A stretch of DNA of 54,638 bases, filler included, from Bipalium vagum (lineage: Eukaryota), in NCBI GenBank assembly GCA_037834085.1. It is 3 parts of 3 records of this genome, joined end to end, with 100 filler letters (N's around TTAATTAATTAA, not from the genome) between each part and the next. Parts side by side here need not be neighbours in the genome. Positions count along the whole stretch, not along the records: positions 1 to 16,043 come from JBBMKC010130424.1; 2 more parts are not named here. One strand, written 5' to 3'. Every line of letters begins with the position of its first letter. Within the stretch, counting starts at the first letter, position 1. The notes below the pieces were generated by a model. It was given only the letters and a program-made list of their open reading frames with translations, was not told the origin of the DNA and searched no databases. Positions 1 to 13,834 of the stretch are shown piece after piece. The position numbers and the translations under genes were made by a program.

Positions 1-66
1 GTTATACTTTTAAATATATTAAGTTATACTTTTAAATATATTAAGTTATACTTTTAAATATATTAA
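1..66. repeat. 22-bp tandem repeat (GTTATACTTTTAAATATATTAA) x3, possibly cut by window start
   Basis: Three perfect consecutive copies at 1-22, 23-44 and 45-66. Confidence 0.95.
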
Positions 67-2068
67 GGAATAACCCTTAGATTTACTGGCCCTGTCATTT
101 ATGTTTCTAGCATATTCCTAATAATTAATCAAAATAATCACAAAAAAATTAATGTTACGTTTTTTTATATGTAACTTTAAGCTCAAAAATTTTTCTGATT
201 CTCCAGTTAGTTACTAACGTGTTCTTACACTTCTAAATCAAAATACAAATGCATTGTAACTGCAATGATCCTTAAATACACGAATGAATCAAAATAGTCA
301 CAATAAACATTTATTTTTCAACAATTACAATCACTCTTAATTACGAAATAATCGAATTGAATACAGAAAAGGAACAATATCTTCAAGTTAATCACTGTAA
401 CACACTGATTATAATATTAACAACAAATAAACTTTTAAATCGTTGAAAATATTGATTAATAACATTAAAACAAAATTTAAATGATTGTAAAGTCACAATA
501 TGATTTTAATGTTAACAACCAGTTAACTTTTAAATCATTTAAACAAATAATACTAATGTAGGAAAATAATATTCAACAAAAAAGATGACACTTATATTTG
601 GAGAGCAATGAATCCCATGTATTCAAGATTCGCTTAGAGTCCATAGCTCAATAGTATAATCTTGTACAATCTTTTCTCGTATTGGAAATAAGCATTTGAT
701 AAAACCTGGAAATTCTTCACAAAATATTTTTTCGTAAATAATTCTCCTTTTCTTCTACCTCAGATCGTTGAGGACTTCGTCTTATACATATTAACCAACG
801 ATCCCCAATGTCTAAAACATAAAAAAACACTCTTTGCGGCATGGTACCATTAAACTTTGAGATTTGCTTATTTTTACTATTCCTATTAAAAATTGAATCA
901 GGTACGCACCTTTGTCCAACTTTCGTTTATTTATTAATTTTAACAAAATTAAATTAATGATCAATATTTTGATGAACCGAGACTATTTCTTACAAGAATG
1001 TTATAAAGTTTTCATCCGAAGCACATGGTTGTCTTTAATCAACCAAAAATAATTTTTTTAACTCATCAATATAAACACAAATATTATTAATTTTTTTAGT
1101 AACGCTAATTTGAAAGTTATCAATTTCTTGCATCAATTGGTTGCGGTTTACCAGAAAAGTACAAAAAAATAAAAATTGACAAAAAACAAAAGTATTGTCT
1201 TAAATATATTTATTCAGATCCTCATAGACCTATAGTGATTATACAAAAGAGATATTCAATAATCAAATACAGTCTTAGGCAAAGGTGGTTGGCCTTTGAC
1301 TATTCGTATTATTAATGACAAAGACTAAGTAACTGTCGTTTTATTAACACGAAAACACAAAAAATCTTTAAATTAATAAATAAATTTTTGACTCAAGAAT
1401 GGAATAAAATAGAAATCAAAAAGAGAGCCCAGAGTTGGGATCTTGTCTGTCAAAACGATTGGTTTTATTATTGTTCGTGAACTTTGGCTCGTAAAATAAA
1501 TACCATCTGTTGAATCTTTGGAACATTAACCGCCATTTTTATGGGACCACATAATACTTTTTAATTTTAAACAAATTCTGAATGGTTTATATAATACTTA
1601 AACTTGTCAACAATTAGGGAAAAGTAATTCGGGGGACATAAATAAATCGTTAATGTTATGGTTTGTGAGTTCTAATTAAAAAAATTGCAGTAGGACAAAC
1701 CACGACTCATTTGTGACAAAAAATAATTTGACATTTTGATTGTCAAGTCTTTATAGGTATCGTTTGTTGATAATTAAAGATCAAATGGTCTCATTGTAAA
1801 AGAAAACGCGAGCCTGTATTGAGTTTCTGTTAAAGTCACTTTGGTCATCATATTAAATTAATAAAGTTGTCTGCAGGGCTTTGTTTTTAGAGTCACTTGT
1901 GGTGCTCTGATGAGAAATTTGCGTAAATTATCATTATTCGCTTGAATAATTTCTTTAGAAGTAAATTAATGGTATAAAGTATAAAGCAGCAACTTTTATT
2001 GATTTGGAATGTTTATTTAATAAAATATTTTTCTCTAAATTGGATTTATCACTCCTTTATCACAACAG

Positions 2069-2201
2069 ATTGCAGTCATGTTTCAACGGCTTTACCGACT
2101 AAGAGAATCTCAGAAGGTCAATGATAAATTGATCCATTCGCAGAGTTCCGATCATATTACTCAAGATTTATGCAACGATTCTACTATTCTCTCATTGTGT
2201 G
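2069..2201 (+). CDS. PDE2A: PDE2A-like phosphodiesterase, internal exon (pre-GAF-A helix)
   Basis: caacag|ATT...TGT G|gtaaga; IAVMFQRLYRLRE...NDSTILSLC resembles PDE2A TLVALRRVQVLQ...DRKILQLC. The phase-1 end joins 6418 (G+CT=Ala). Confidence 0.8.
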
Positions 2202-2405
2202 GTAAGAATTTTGTCGTTTTGTTTTCTTTGACAAGGTTTCACTTTTGTCTTTGGAGATCGATGGGTTTTTTCTATTCCATATTATTCGATATGATCTGTC
2301 CCTCATGTAATGTAAGTTTAAATTGGGAATTGTAGTATTTTTCCTCTGAAAAAACATTTTTCAAAAAATGACGAAATCTCCTAAAATAAAGAGGGTGTAG
2401 AAATA

Positions 2406-2568
2406 CGCGATGCGCCCAATAAATCCGTGCAATAAATAGGAAAACAATTTAATGGAAGCACTCAACTTTTAAACCTATTTAAAGAATATAGTTACAATAT
2501 AAATTTCATTGCATGACAAAATTATATTTCCTTCCCACATATTGCAGGGACTTATTGGGCGCATCAAG
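2406..2568. mobile_element. 163-bp mariner-type MITE
   Basis: TIRs cgcgatgcgcccaataaatccgtgcaata / tattgcagggacttattgggcgcatcaag (4 mismatches in 29 nt), TA on both sides, no coding capacity. Confidence 0.85.
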
Positions 2569-2769
2569 TACATAACGACATAGCGAAAAAATGTTGTCAA
2601 TGAACAAAAATATTGTTATTATCATAATTTGTTTTTATTATATGCGAGGCTTTTATAAATTAAAAAGGTTTAAGGGAATAACAATTTCTTTTGTGCAGGA
2701 CCTTAAAGGAAACCTCTGTAAGTATTTTAGTGTCTTTACAAGGTTCCGTGAAGATTAAAAAGTTGTGTC

Positions 2770-2960
2770 ATCACATATTGAAATTTGAAAACGATTTAGA
2801 TTGGACGGAAAAGATCGAAAAACTGACTTGAATATATAACTGAGAAGTATAACGGAGAAGAGGAGATTTAAGAATATTTAAAAGGTAAAGTTTAAGTTCA
2901 AGACGACATTTGAGAAAAGAATTAATGTCTGCCGAGAAATTTAAAAAATATAATATAAAG
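2770..2960 (+). mobile_element. possible CR1-type LINE 3' remnant
   Basis: Reads ...RRRGDLRIFK, like the CR1 ORF2 C-terminal RRxRGDLIxxFK motif; frameshifted. Confidence 0.3.
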
Positions 2961-3690
2961 GGTTTCGTCAAAAAATATAAGTTTTCGTCATGTCATATCA
3001 AAATTTGATACCTGAACTTTCGCTATTTTTGGATATATTTTTACTGACATTGATTTTTCACTATTCATATGAAAAAGAATGAGAATAATGTGATTGATTG
3101 AATCGTTCTTAATGTATTGTTTTTCTTTTCGATGTCCAGATTTTAAATCTGATTTTTTGATAGATGTGGTGTACTGATGACGTCATGTTCAGATCAGTCT
3201 TGTTTTTATTTCTCAATTTATAAAATTGTATTTCCTTCCGAAAAATTCACATTTATTTATTTTTATATAACTGATTTTATACAGCACTTTGTTTGACAAA
3301 TCTTGACAAGGTTTTTTCATTAATATAACAGCATCAGTTATAAATTTAATAATTTAACATATTAAGTCTACAAATTGAAAAGGTGCCTATTTTTAATAAT
3401 ATTACATATCACAAGATCGATATTTCAACATATAACTACAAATCATTCTGTGAAGTAATCTCAATTATTGTCGATGCATTTTAACCATTTTTCAGATAGC
3501 TGGAGAATACCTGTTCTGAAAAATGATGGCAATTTGAGATCGATTTCTTAAACTGAGAATCAGCTAGAAGATGTTGAAGGAGCCCGTATAAATAATAATC
3601 TGAATAAATAATAATAGAAAAAATAAAAGGGTTTTTAGAAACATTGAATTATTTATTCTTGTTTATTTTGTTGTATAACTTTTATTAGTA

Positions 3691-3759
<69 letters not shown>
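3691..3759. repeat. (TAT)n microsatellite
   Basis: About 23 perfect trinucleotide units. Confidence 0.95.
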
Positions 3760-3762
<3 letters not shown>

Positions 3763-5195
3763 GTAGTAATAATAATAATAATTCCCACAATATCCGTATA
3801 TTTTGAATTCATGCTCTCAAAATTTAAAATAAGATTTATGTATGAAAATAACTGCACAGTTGAGAAATGCTTAACTTTTATCTATTATTTATTCATATTT
3901 ATTATTTATTTTAATTATGAGATTAATTAATTAATTATTTTAAAAATCTTTATTAAATTACCTTAATATTTATTTTATTATTTTAAAAAGTTATTTAATT
4001 AAATTTATTTATTTTTTAATTTACGATTACTTTAAAATGTATAAATTTTTGTTTTAAATATCAATTTAAATTTAATCTTTACAATTATTATTAATAAAAT
4101 TATAATGAGGATGGAAAGGGGAAGATAAAATATAAGTTAATGATAAAAGTTGAACAATATTTCATGATTTATTTATTTAAGATTTTATTGATTTATCAAA
4201 AAAATTAATTAAATGGAGTTTTTTATAATTATTTGTTTAATTCGCAAATTAAAACAATTTTTGATATATGAATTAGGAACTTAAATTACTCTTAATTTTT
4301 TTGAAAAATTATATAAATAATTTCTTTTTTTAGATTGTATTTGTTTGTCTTTCTTTTTATAATAAAAAAATTAAAATCTGATCTTCAATCATGTTAAAAT
4401 TTTTGTTTAGTTTTAATTTCATAATGACATTGTTTTTATCTGAATAAGAATAGATTGTCTAAATATTTTCCCAAACCCACTCATTATTACTATTTTTACT
4501 TTCAGACTGTTGCCTAAACTCATTTCCGACGGCCATAATCAGATTCACTTCTCCCAACTTGTTTTTTTTATTGACTAATTGATTCCCTGCGTCTATGCTT
4601 CTTTAATCTCGAAATTATCGCCTCTGGCTTACTCCAAGGAAATATCATGAACTATTTAACTTTTGTAAGATTTTTTCAGGTTTTTCTATAGCTTTCTATT
4701 GTAAAACTTAAGTGTTAAAATCAACACGTGTTGCACTCATACTCAGTGCTTCATTGAAAAGAAGACTATTGTCAACCAATATCTATTCCCTTGTTGTACG
4801 TCAACACTACCATTATTTCTGTAAAGGTTTGCCATTCTCGATACTGAAAAAATCAAGGATACATCATATATCTAATTTTTCGCTTATGAAAATCTGTGAA
4901 AATTCCATAAAAAACTTTAAAAAATTATTATTTTTGTATGATCAGTTTCTTTAATTTAATTCTATGATAAATATATTTTCCCATACCAACATAGATAAAG
5001 GGCGTGTACGTTTTTTTTCATCAAGTTCAACCATAATTATGATAATAGAGAAAAATGAACGTGAATTATTATATTTCGAAAAATAATTTGGAGAGAAATT
5101 TCATGACTTCATGGCCAAACAACATTTTCAGTTGCCAACTGAAGCGCAATTAATGTTTTCAGTGTCACAGATTAAGTTACATCAATTTATTTATT

Positions 5196-5227
<32 letters not shown>

Positions 5228-5444
5228 AGGAAAATATTTTATGTACGATACATTGTCTTATATATTTCGCGTAAGTGTTTGACTTCCTCCACTGACAAAT
5301 TAATCAAAAATAAAAAGAAATTTTGAGGATTATTTGTAATGCACGAAAATATAAAATTTCTTTTTGACAGTATAAGTCGTTTGTCGTCTTATGTATGTTA
5401 AGGGTATTTGTAATCAAAGAGTAATTTTCAAAAATATATAATAT

Positions 5445-6130
5445 ATTGGGTTGTTCGGAAAGTCACTTCGCGTTTTTATACATATCTTTAAATCTGGGTA
5501 TAATTTATATATCGAGGTTTTCAAACTTGGTAAAACAATAATTTCAGATGTCTATTACATTGAACTAGGAATACTAAAAATGATAAAGATATGAGCAATT
5601 TCGGTAAAGAGATATAAAATTATTTTTCATTATAAATTTTCGGGAAATTTCAGCAGTTGTTTCAAGTTTGTTCTTCTATGTCATTTTCGACCAATCTCAT
5701 ATCATATGAAGTTGGTAATCATCTTTCGATATCAGTTATCGTTTATGATAAAATGGTTTTCACATTCATTTTGGAAAACTAAGGAGCTATCAATTCCTGT
5801 ATAGTATTGATCCAATCAGGAAACATTGAAATTCATTCACCAACTTAGGGTTTTCGGATCCAAAACTCTAGAATTTTCTCTATTGACATAGTCGTAAAAA
5901 ACGGAAATGTTTCCCATTCCAGAAATGTTCTTATTTACGAAAATGAACCATCAAATTATTTTAATCAAATGGATCTTAAATTTTGTGATTCCAATGCTCG
6001 GTTTAATTTCATTTTGTATGATCATAAAAAAGCAATTTTTGTTGAAATTCGTTAGAGAAAGCTTTAAAGAAGTCTTAATTGAGTTAAAGAATTGATGTGG
6101 AAAGAATATATCTTACACTTGCGCAGGCTT
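5445..6130 (-). mobile_element. highly decayed mariner remnant
   Basis: TA + attgggttgttcggaaagtcacttcg mariner-type TIR at 5445; faint PFxHRITxxExW-like trace on the minus strand. Confidence 0.45.
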
Positions 6131-6417
6131 TGATATTTGACACATTTCTGTTTTTAAATTTTCTTTAATAAGGCTATATTAAAATCAATAATAGACATTT
6201 TTCGGGTAGTTTTTGAAGCTAATTAAACTGATTCTATCATCAATATTTTATTAAAAATAGAAAAAATATCTTTAGAAAAAAAGTAGATTAAATTTATTAA
6301 TAATAATAATAATAAATTATTTTTGATTAATAATTTATTAATAAATCAATAATTTTCAAAATTTTCTTTTTAATAAAAAATATATTTTTCAAAATTGAAA
6401 AAATCTTTTAATTTCAG

Positions 6418-6470
6418 CTGACTTACATGATCGTGATCCTGGAATTTTACAAACGAAAATAATAAAATTT
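6418..6470 (+). CDS. PDE2A: PDE2A-like exon (GAF-A start)
   Basis: tttcag|CT GAC TTA CAT...AAA TTT|gtatgt; DLHDRDPGILQTKIIKF vs PDE2A ELYDLDASSLQLKVLQY. Confidence 0.85.
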
Positions 6471-7749
6471 GTATGTTTTACTCATTGGTATAATCAATTT
6501 AATTATTTTTATATAAAAAATATGTGAAAAAAAAATTATTTATTTCAAAAAATTATAATTTTTAAAATAATAAAATCGGTAAATTTATCCAATGGAAAAT
6601 AATTATTATTTTAAAAACGTACAAGATGAAATAATGAAATTCTACGAAAATTATTTTCTCTGAGCTGTTAATTAAATAAATCCACAATTCTGAGAAATAG
6701 TTGGGAGAGAATTTTCCCATTCCAAAATCTTTAATTTTCAAAAATGAGACTGTAATTAAATATGATGGGCTAATTATTATCATTGGAATCAAAGAAATTA
6801 TTGGACTAGATAATATATCACAATCTCAACCAAAATCAATGGAATTCTGTCAACAACAATTCCGTTTTTTTTTTGTTTACTGAAATCTTAGAGCAAATAC
6901 CCGTTCAAAAAATATTTCCTTTTAATTGATGTGTGAAGAAAGGAAAAATATTTTTCGAGTTTTGATAAGTGAAATTCTTTTCCCCAAATTTTTAAGATGG
7001 ACTCATTTATTTCTCTCCTAACAGCAGATGTTGCAGAAAAAGATGGTAATTAATTTCTATAAAATCATTAGAATTTGATCGATTTCATTTCAACGAATCT
7101 CTTTTCTTATCTTCAAACGATGTCATTATAAAAATCAATGTCCGCTTTTCTCTTGGCCACTTGTTTTTTCCGTTGGAATTAACAAACTTCTTTTCTCATC
7201 ATTTAATTCACTTTTGGAGATTTCGATCAATTCTTTTTCAAAAGCGGTTTCAGACCAGCAATTCTCCTTTAACGTTTGTTCTTTTGTTTTTCTTTGCTGT
7301 TGATAAATGTGGTCTTAAGCTTGTCTTTTTCTTGAGATGAACAGGTTAAGACATTCAATTAAATAAGAATTAAAATAATAATTCAATAATATCAATTTAT
7401 TAATCCTTAATCAGATTTCTTGTTTCAATGTTTTTGTTCTTGAACAAATATTGATATAATATTCAAGGACTTCTAAGATCACTCAGATTTCTATCTTATT
7501 TTTCATTTTTCTCTACTTCAATAGTTCTTTTTCTTGTTTTAAAGTGAAAATATTTCGATATGCAAATTGTCATTAGACAGGCGCGATGTAAATAAATAGA
7601 GCTCATTATAAAATTACAGAAACCTTCATTTTCTTGTGTAGTTGATATTGACATTAGAGTTTTGGGTGATAAATTGATTTATTTTTCTTAAATATTTGTT
7701 TAAAATATTTGCATTGATATTTAATATTAAAAAGATACATCTTTAAAGT

Positions 7750-8010
7750 TGTGTCATTCTCAATCGAATTCTATTTGTAGAATTCATCAAATTTCAAGAA
7801 TATGTTGACAAAGCAGTATCTGTGAAATCTGCAAAATGTGTAAATTTCAAATTCCATTGCACACCATTACCCCCCTTCATCATCATACCCTTGCATATGA
7901 TATCTTCATTCACAGCACTCTACGAACTTCATCGTTGAGCAATTTAGCAAAATAACTCTAAAAACGAATATAAGTAACCATAGGTTCTGCATGGAAAATT
8001 CTATGAAATA
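7750..8010 (-). mobile_element. possible RTE-type LINE RT remnant
   Basis: Minus strand reads GGNGVQWNLKFTHFADFTDTAL, resembling RTE NGIQWTL..LDDLDFADDLAL. Confidence 0.35.
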
Positions 8011-9186
8011 ATATAATACGAAATAGAACGTCAGAGGAAAGAGACTAAGTGTTCAGCATTTTCAATGATAACATTATATTTCAAAGATTTTGTGAATTTA
8101 TTTTTGTCTAACTTTCTTTCTATTATTTTCTATAATTTATTTTAATATTATTTTTTTTGTCAATCGATTAATTGATAATTACAATCATTCAACTGTAAAA
8201 TCTATCTTCTTACATTTTTGGGACCGGAAAATATCAACAATTTTTGGTAATGAAAAAAAAATGATGCTTATAAAAAAAATACATAAAACCAAAATTATAT
8301 AGCACATTTTTAAAGGTTGTTCTTCAAAATTAGATTAACGAACAAATTAATATTATTATATAAGCAATTATTTTTTTAAAATAACGTTTTAATTATTTTT
8401 TTAATTTTTCAAAACATTTTTGAATTAAAAAAAAAACACAGTGAAATGTGACATCTCAAAACCGTTCAAAATCATTGTCAGTATAAATCAATTGGACACA
8501 GATTGGGGCTTGGGAAAATTGTGAAATTAAAATTTGTGCTGACATCGATGGTGATTTTACAGTCCAATGAATTTAATGTGCAAATAATTTTGAAAATAAT
8601 TATTTAAATATAATTTTTCTTTATTCAAATCAATAAATCGAAACGAAAGATTGAAAACCAATAAATCGTTTCTTTCATCGCTTATTTATCGTTAATTCCA
8701 TTAGGTTTGATTATAAATATTTTATATATTCTTTATAAATTAAATTGAGACTTTAATCGAAATTTTAGGACATTTTAGTATGTTTTGAAAAAAAATATAT
8801 AAGATAAAGTTTTATAAAAAAAATCATTGTGTAAAACACTTAAAATTAAATACATTCCATTTTTAAGTTAGATCTTTTATAAAATTAATAAATGTTTATT
8901 ATACTTGGTTAAAATTATAAAATATTTTATTATGTGACAACTTTACCAATGGAAAAAGAAATGTTCGAAAAAAACAGATTTGGCTTAAAAAATAACAATA
9001 TTAACATGTTTTGCTACTTAAATTTTCTGTTTTCGAAAGAACAAGGTTAACACATAATTTTTCTCAAAACACATTTTGTCTGATTTTATAATTTTATAAT
9101 TTCAATAATTGATTCATTTGTTCATTGATTAAAATTACATAATCAATATCATTGAAATATCTGATTATTAATTAAATTTGATTTAG

Positions 9187-9261
9187 TTAAAACAAAAAAT
9201 TCATATGGAATCGGCATTTATCCTCACGATTTCTTATAATAATCTCGAATTAGTTTGTCAA
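9187..9261 (+). CDS. PDE2A: PDE2A-like exon (GAF-A)
   Basis: atttag|TTA AAA...TGT CAA|gtgagt; LKQKIHMESAFILTISYNNLELVCQ vs PDE2A [25 protein letters not shown]; 75 nt, phase 0-0. Confidence 0.85.
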
Positions 9262-9817
9262 GTGAGTGCCATATTTGCATATATTTTTATTTTATTCGTA
9301 TTTTATTTATTTTCTTTATTAAAGGAGTCTTTAATAAAAGTCATAAAAAATTCATATTACCAGAATTGAAGTCTATATAGAAGAATCAAAAGACTTCTAT
9401 GGAGCAATTCATTTAATTTAATAAGTTATTATCTAGCTAAACTTAATAAATTATACTTTTCCGAGCAAATTATTTCTTCCTACTGGAGAAAACGCTACGC
9501 ATTTTCTTAATATTTAGCATAATTAGGTTATAGAGCCAACGTGAGTATGAAGAGCGTTTTCAATAATATTTGAAAGACAAAAAAGAAGAATTGAGAATTT
9601 CTGCTAAGAGATTTTATAATATAATTTGATTTCACTTGGGCATTATTTTTCGTGGTTTTAGGTATGAAAATGAATATTAAAGCAAGAAGTTTCGACATGT
9701 ATGTGATTTACTTTTCCTTTTTCTTTTAAATATATCATGTTTCACAATAAACAGCATTTCTTACATACTATATAATATTCAAAATACCCAATAGAACAAT
9801 AAATAAATAAATAAATA

Positions 9818-10096
9818 CTGTAAAATCCCGAGTATAAGCTGCTGCTAAAACGTACATAAAGGCAACATTTTTGAATTGTAGCTAATATGATGTGCAGCTT
9901 ATACAATTAAAAAACAATTCAAATCGAAGATACGATTATTTATTTCAATTTTTAACATCACACTCCTCAAATCATGTGTTTTCAACGTAAATGGTGCAGC
10001 TAATACGTGCTGCAGTTTATACGACTAAAAAAAACATTTTTATAAAATGTCATCTGCAGCTAATACGCGCTGCAGCTTATACTCGGGATTTTACAC
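9818..10096. mobile_element. 279-bp Tc2/pogo-like MITE
   Basis: TIR (c/g)tgtaaaatcccgagtataagctgc at both ends (1 mismatch in 25), TA on both sides, internal TGCAGCT(T/A)ATAC repeats. Confidence 0.92.
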
Positions 10097-11049
10097 TATA
10101 TATTTACACAAACAGGCAATTAGAGAAAATCTCCATACTTCTTGATTACTTCATGAAGGTGATTTTTCAGGTGTTTGAAATCTCTAGACAACTTTTAACA
10201 GACAACAGTTTTCCAGATAAGATTCGGTATACTGAACCAATGGGGAGATTAGAGAGAGGATAGATTCCTCTAATAGCACATTGGAAGTACCAGTTATTTT
10301 GCTGAATTTGTTCAATTTAAAAAAATTTTCAAAGCAGTTTTTGAAACACTATTAATAAGTCTTTGTACAACTTTTTATTAAAAGACAATATTCAATAATT
10401 ATTGTTATCTAGAACAAATATATTAATAAATAATGTGTTATTCATTGATCATTATATTATTGATATTGTCATTTTATATTTATTTGACAATGCCAAATTA
10501 AATTATCCATTAATTTTTTGTTAGAGGATAGAACTGAAATATGAAGAACACTGAAATAATAATTTTATTATTTGTTGTCATAAATAAATTTATAATAATA
10601 AAATAAAAAATATAAATTATTTAATGAAGAAGTAATAATTTAAGACTCAGGTAGATTTAAATTTGAAATAGGATAAATGTACAATGTATTATCTATTTTC
10701 ACCAAATCATTCTGTTACACGATATCCAAGATCCAGCAGCTTCAGCCGAATTACCAAACTTATATTTATTCTAAGTTACCATGCTGGTAAACTATTCCTT
10801 TTTGATTCACACCTCGTTATTAATGGTTTGGTTCTTTAAAGCAGCTGAAAAAACATTACACCTTATCAGTTTTATCATACAGAAACCTCATGTCTTAATG
10901 TATTCCAAATTTTGGTACCATATTGACATTCACTTATTGAATCTTGTTATCTTACTTTAAAATTAAAAATGTAACCCGTTTTTAATTTGAATCGTATTTG
11001 GTGCTTAGGTCTTAGGTAGAATTACCCATTTATCAATTTAATTTCTTTA

Positions 11050-12110
11050 CAATTTATTTTAACTTCATAAAATTTCGGACTTCTAGAAAACGTAAAGTTT
11101 TGAAGGTGTTTTTTTACATTCTCTTTACTTTTGAACAGTCTTACCAGTTGCTTGAAAAGTGAATATATGTTTGTTGGTGCCAGATCTGATGGGAACCATG
11201 ATCTATTGTTTCAGACCCAAGGTTATATAGTTTGTATATATAGTACTGTGTAGACGAGCTTTGTCATGAATCGTGATAGAACCTTTCCGATTCACTGGCT
11301 TTGGCGGTTGCTTTTGATGTTTTCCGTTCATTACATTTATTTCTTGGAAATAGATCTCTGCACTCATGGTTTTATCAGAATTGAGAATTTTGTAATTGAT
11401 GAGACCCGCGACAGACTACCGAATGATGTCCGTAATCTTTTTCTGATTTTGCATTGGCTTTAAAAATTACTGATGACACTTTACACAATCGAACCATTAA
11501 GCAGATTATCGTTGATTAAATTGAACCATGAAAAGAATTAGGAAGTAAATCAACTGGAGATTTTGTTAGTTAAAATGAATCTTGAATTGACAATGTGAAA
11601 GTCTTTATTGGTTTATAATTAAATAAATTAGTCCATTCAAAAATATTTTGGAAACAAGTTTTTGAAAAGATTATGGAAACGTGATTCTGACACCAAAAAG
11701 GCATAATCCTAATAATTAACAAAGAAAAGTAATGTCACATATTAACGAAATATAAGAGAAATTAAAGATAAAAGAAAACATTTTGTCGGTCACTCAATTA
11801 CCATACATCGTTATAATCACTTTGATTGAGATGAAATTTTACACAATCCCCAGCTGGTGAAGATGAACCTGAATGATTTCATCGCTCACATCGAACTTTT
11901 ATGCAAGTTCTAAAAACGTTGTGCTGGAATTGAGATTGTCGTTATCAATGACCTTTCATCTTCATGACGTATTTCATTGGTTAAGCTGCAATCCCTCGAC
12001 AAAAAATTCTGAAACTTCTGCGATACCCGATCGCTTACAGTATCATCTCTCAGCGCTATATATATATATATCTTTTTGAAGCTTTAGTGTAACGTTTGTG
12101 CACATAGAGT
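11050..12110 (-). mobile_element. decayed cecropia-subfamily (Hsmar1-like) mariner
   Basis: Minus strand KPMQNQKK...AGLINYKILN..KTMSAEIY...VNRKGSITIHDKARLH...PSDLAPT, plus HTH region (FCRGDCSL...LELA.KFDVS..IQVHLHQLG); stops and frameshifts. Confidence 0.8.
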
Positions 12111-13020
12111 AAGAAATCTCGAATTAGCACTTTTTGGAAACAATTTTCCTTTATATAATTGAAAGTTTTAAGCAAGTATTGCTAATTTTTATAAATCAAT
12201 TGAAAGATAAAAAATTATATAACGCAAATAACAGAATATGAGTCCCATCAATAAAAAATCAAAAATATATGGTCATAGGCTGTACCAGAAAAACCGCTCG
12301 AAATTTATTGGTTACCTAATAAAATAAAAATTTTATTTTATTCGTTCTGTTTCTTCTCTTTAATCCAAAATTATTTTATATATTAAATTTTTCGTATAAA
12401 AATGATAGAGATAATTTTTCAGCCAGGTTATGGAAAATTAAAGATACAAATTTTTAAGAGAAAAATGAATGTAATAAATCATCCATTACTTTATACTCTT
12501 GAGTATCGTAAATCAATATTATACGCTGGTTATGGTTATTGCCCATACCATTATTGATATTGAGAAATGATTACATTTATAAAAGAATAATCAGTTTGAT
12601 CTGTAATATTCTTCATATATGTTCTGAATATGTGAAATTTATTAATTTATTATTAAAATGTAATTAATATTTAATTTATTTTAAAAAAATTTTATCTTTT
12701 TATTTTTATTTGAGAGTAAAATAAAAAATCCTACATATTTTTTTATATATTTATAAAATAAATCTAAAAATTCTTATTCCATAAAATAAATTTTCATTTC
12801 AATCAAGAAGAGTTATTTATTATACAGGATTGTAAATAAAAATTTGCATATTTCATTAAATCATTTTTCTTTCTTTTTTATTCTTATTTTCATTAATCAC
12901 ATTATTTATAATAAATAAATTTTTTACAAGCGTTCACAATTCTTTGATATTTAAAAATCGATAACAATAATATAAATTAATGATTTTTTAAAATTTTTCA
13001 TGATAATAATCAATAAAGTA

Positions 13021-13720
13021 TAGGGTGCTTCAAAAAACACAGCGCGTTTGAAATATTTCTGAAAATTTTAAAAATTATAAATAAAGTGAAATTATATATA
13101 AGTTGCTCTGTATATATTTAACATACGACTGTTCATTTTTGAAACAGTAACATTTATATATTAAAATTTAATATTTTTCTATATGATGACCCTTTTCTTT
13201 AAATAATTAGGTAAACGATTATAAAAGTCATTCATAATATTTTGACACATTCCTACCTGCTTCATGTGAATAATATCATTCGGGTCTTAGATATCTTTTG
13301 GTTTTCTTCTACATACCAATGTTGCCAAAACAAGAAATCAAATGGTGTTAGGATCGGGAATATTGCAGGCAATTGCAATTCTTTCAGCTATTCTTCGTCA
13401 TGTAACTTATTGATAAGTTAGACCTTTTCTAGATATAGTTGAAGGTCTTTTCGTTTTACATTGCGTAAAACTTTAAAACCACATCCAACTTCTTTAGCAA
13501 TTCTTAGTGATATCTCAGGCACTTCTTCAGAAACCTGAATTATTTTGCAGATTGATCACAAAGACCTAGTCTCTTTGAATTTGTCAAATATCTTCGTCAT
13601 TATCCTCGCTTTAGATATCTTTCCCATTTTAACTGTTCTAAATGCCGCCTGACTAGTATGACTGATTCTATCTTAGTTATTATTAAAAAAAAATATTATT
13701 TTGATGGTTTTTCATCTGGT
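13021..13720 (-). mobile_element. internally deleted Tc1/mariner (rosa/DD41D-like) remnant
   Basis: TA+tagggtg terminus at 13021; minus strand IFDKFKETRS (HTH), ILTPFDFLFW and CQNIMNDFYNRL..KGHHIE C-terminal motifs. Confidence 0.65.
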
Positions 13721-13834
13721 GAAGTCTTTTAATTTCAAACATTATATTTCTATATTCCTAAAGTCGAATCAAAATTTATTAAACAGACTGTAAGCTATAT
13801 TCTTTTACATAGTATTTTGAATATTTAATATGTA

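Noticed and set aside
1-66. Direct repeats as a possible CRISPR array
   Set aside because: No spacers, eukaryotic context, no cas genes.
1260-1350. Helitron helicase-like KRQ...SQGQ trace on the minus strand
   Set aside because: Requires several frameshifts; indistinguishable from chance.
1424-1480. SWDLVCQNDW, resembling the SLC22 WDLVC motif
   Set aside because: Immediate stop, no splice context, no other SLC22 exons.
1877-1922. Possible upstream PDE2A exon GFVFRVTCGALMRNL (VTCGAL resembles VHCGQL)
   Set aside because: Needs an alternative acceptor at 2076 and the similarity is only six residues; not supportable.
5230-5270. AG...GTAAGT-bounded 41-nt candidate exon in a PDE2A intron
   Set aside because: Inclusion would shift the frame between 2201 and 6418, and there is no homology.
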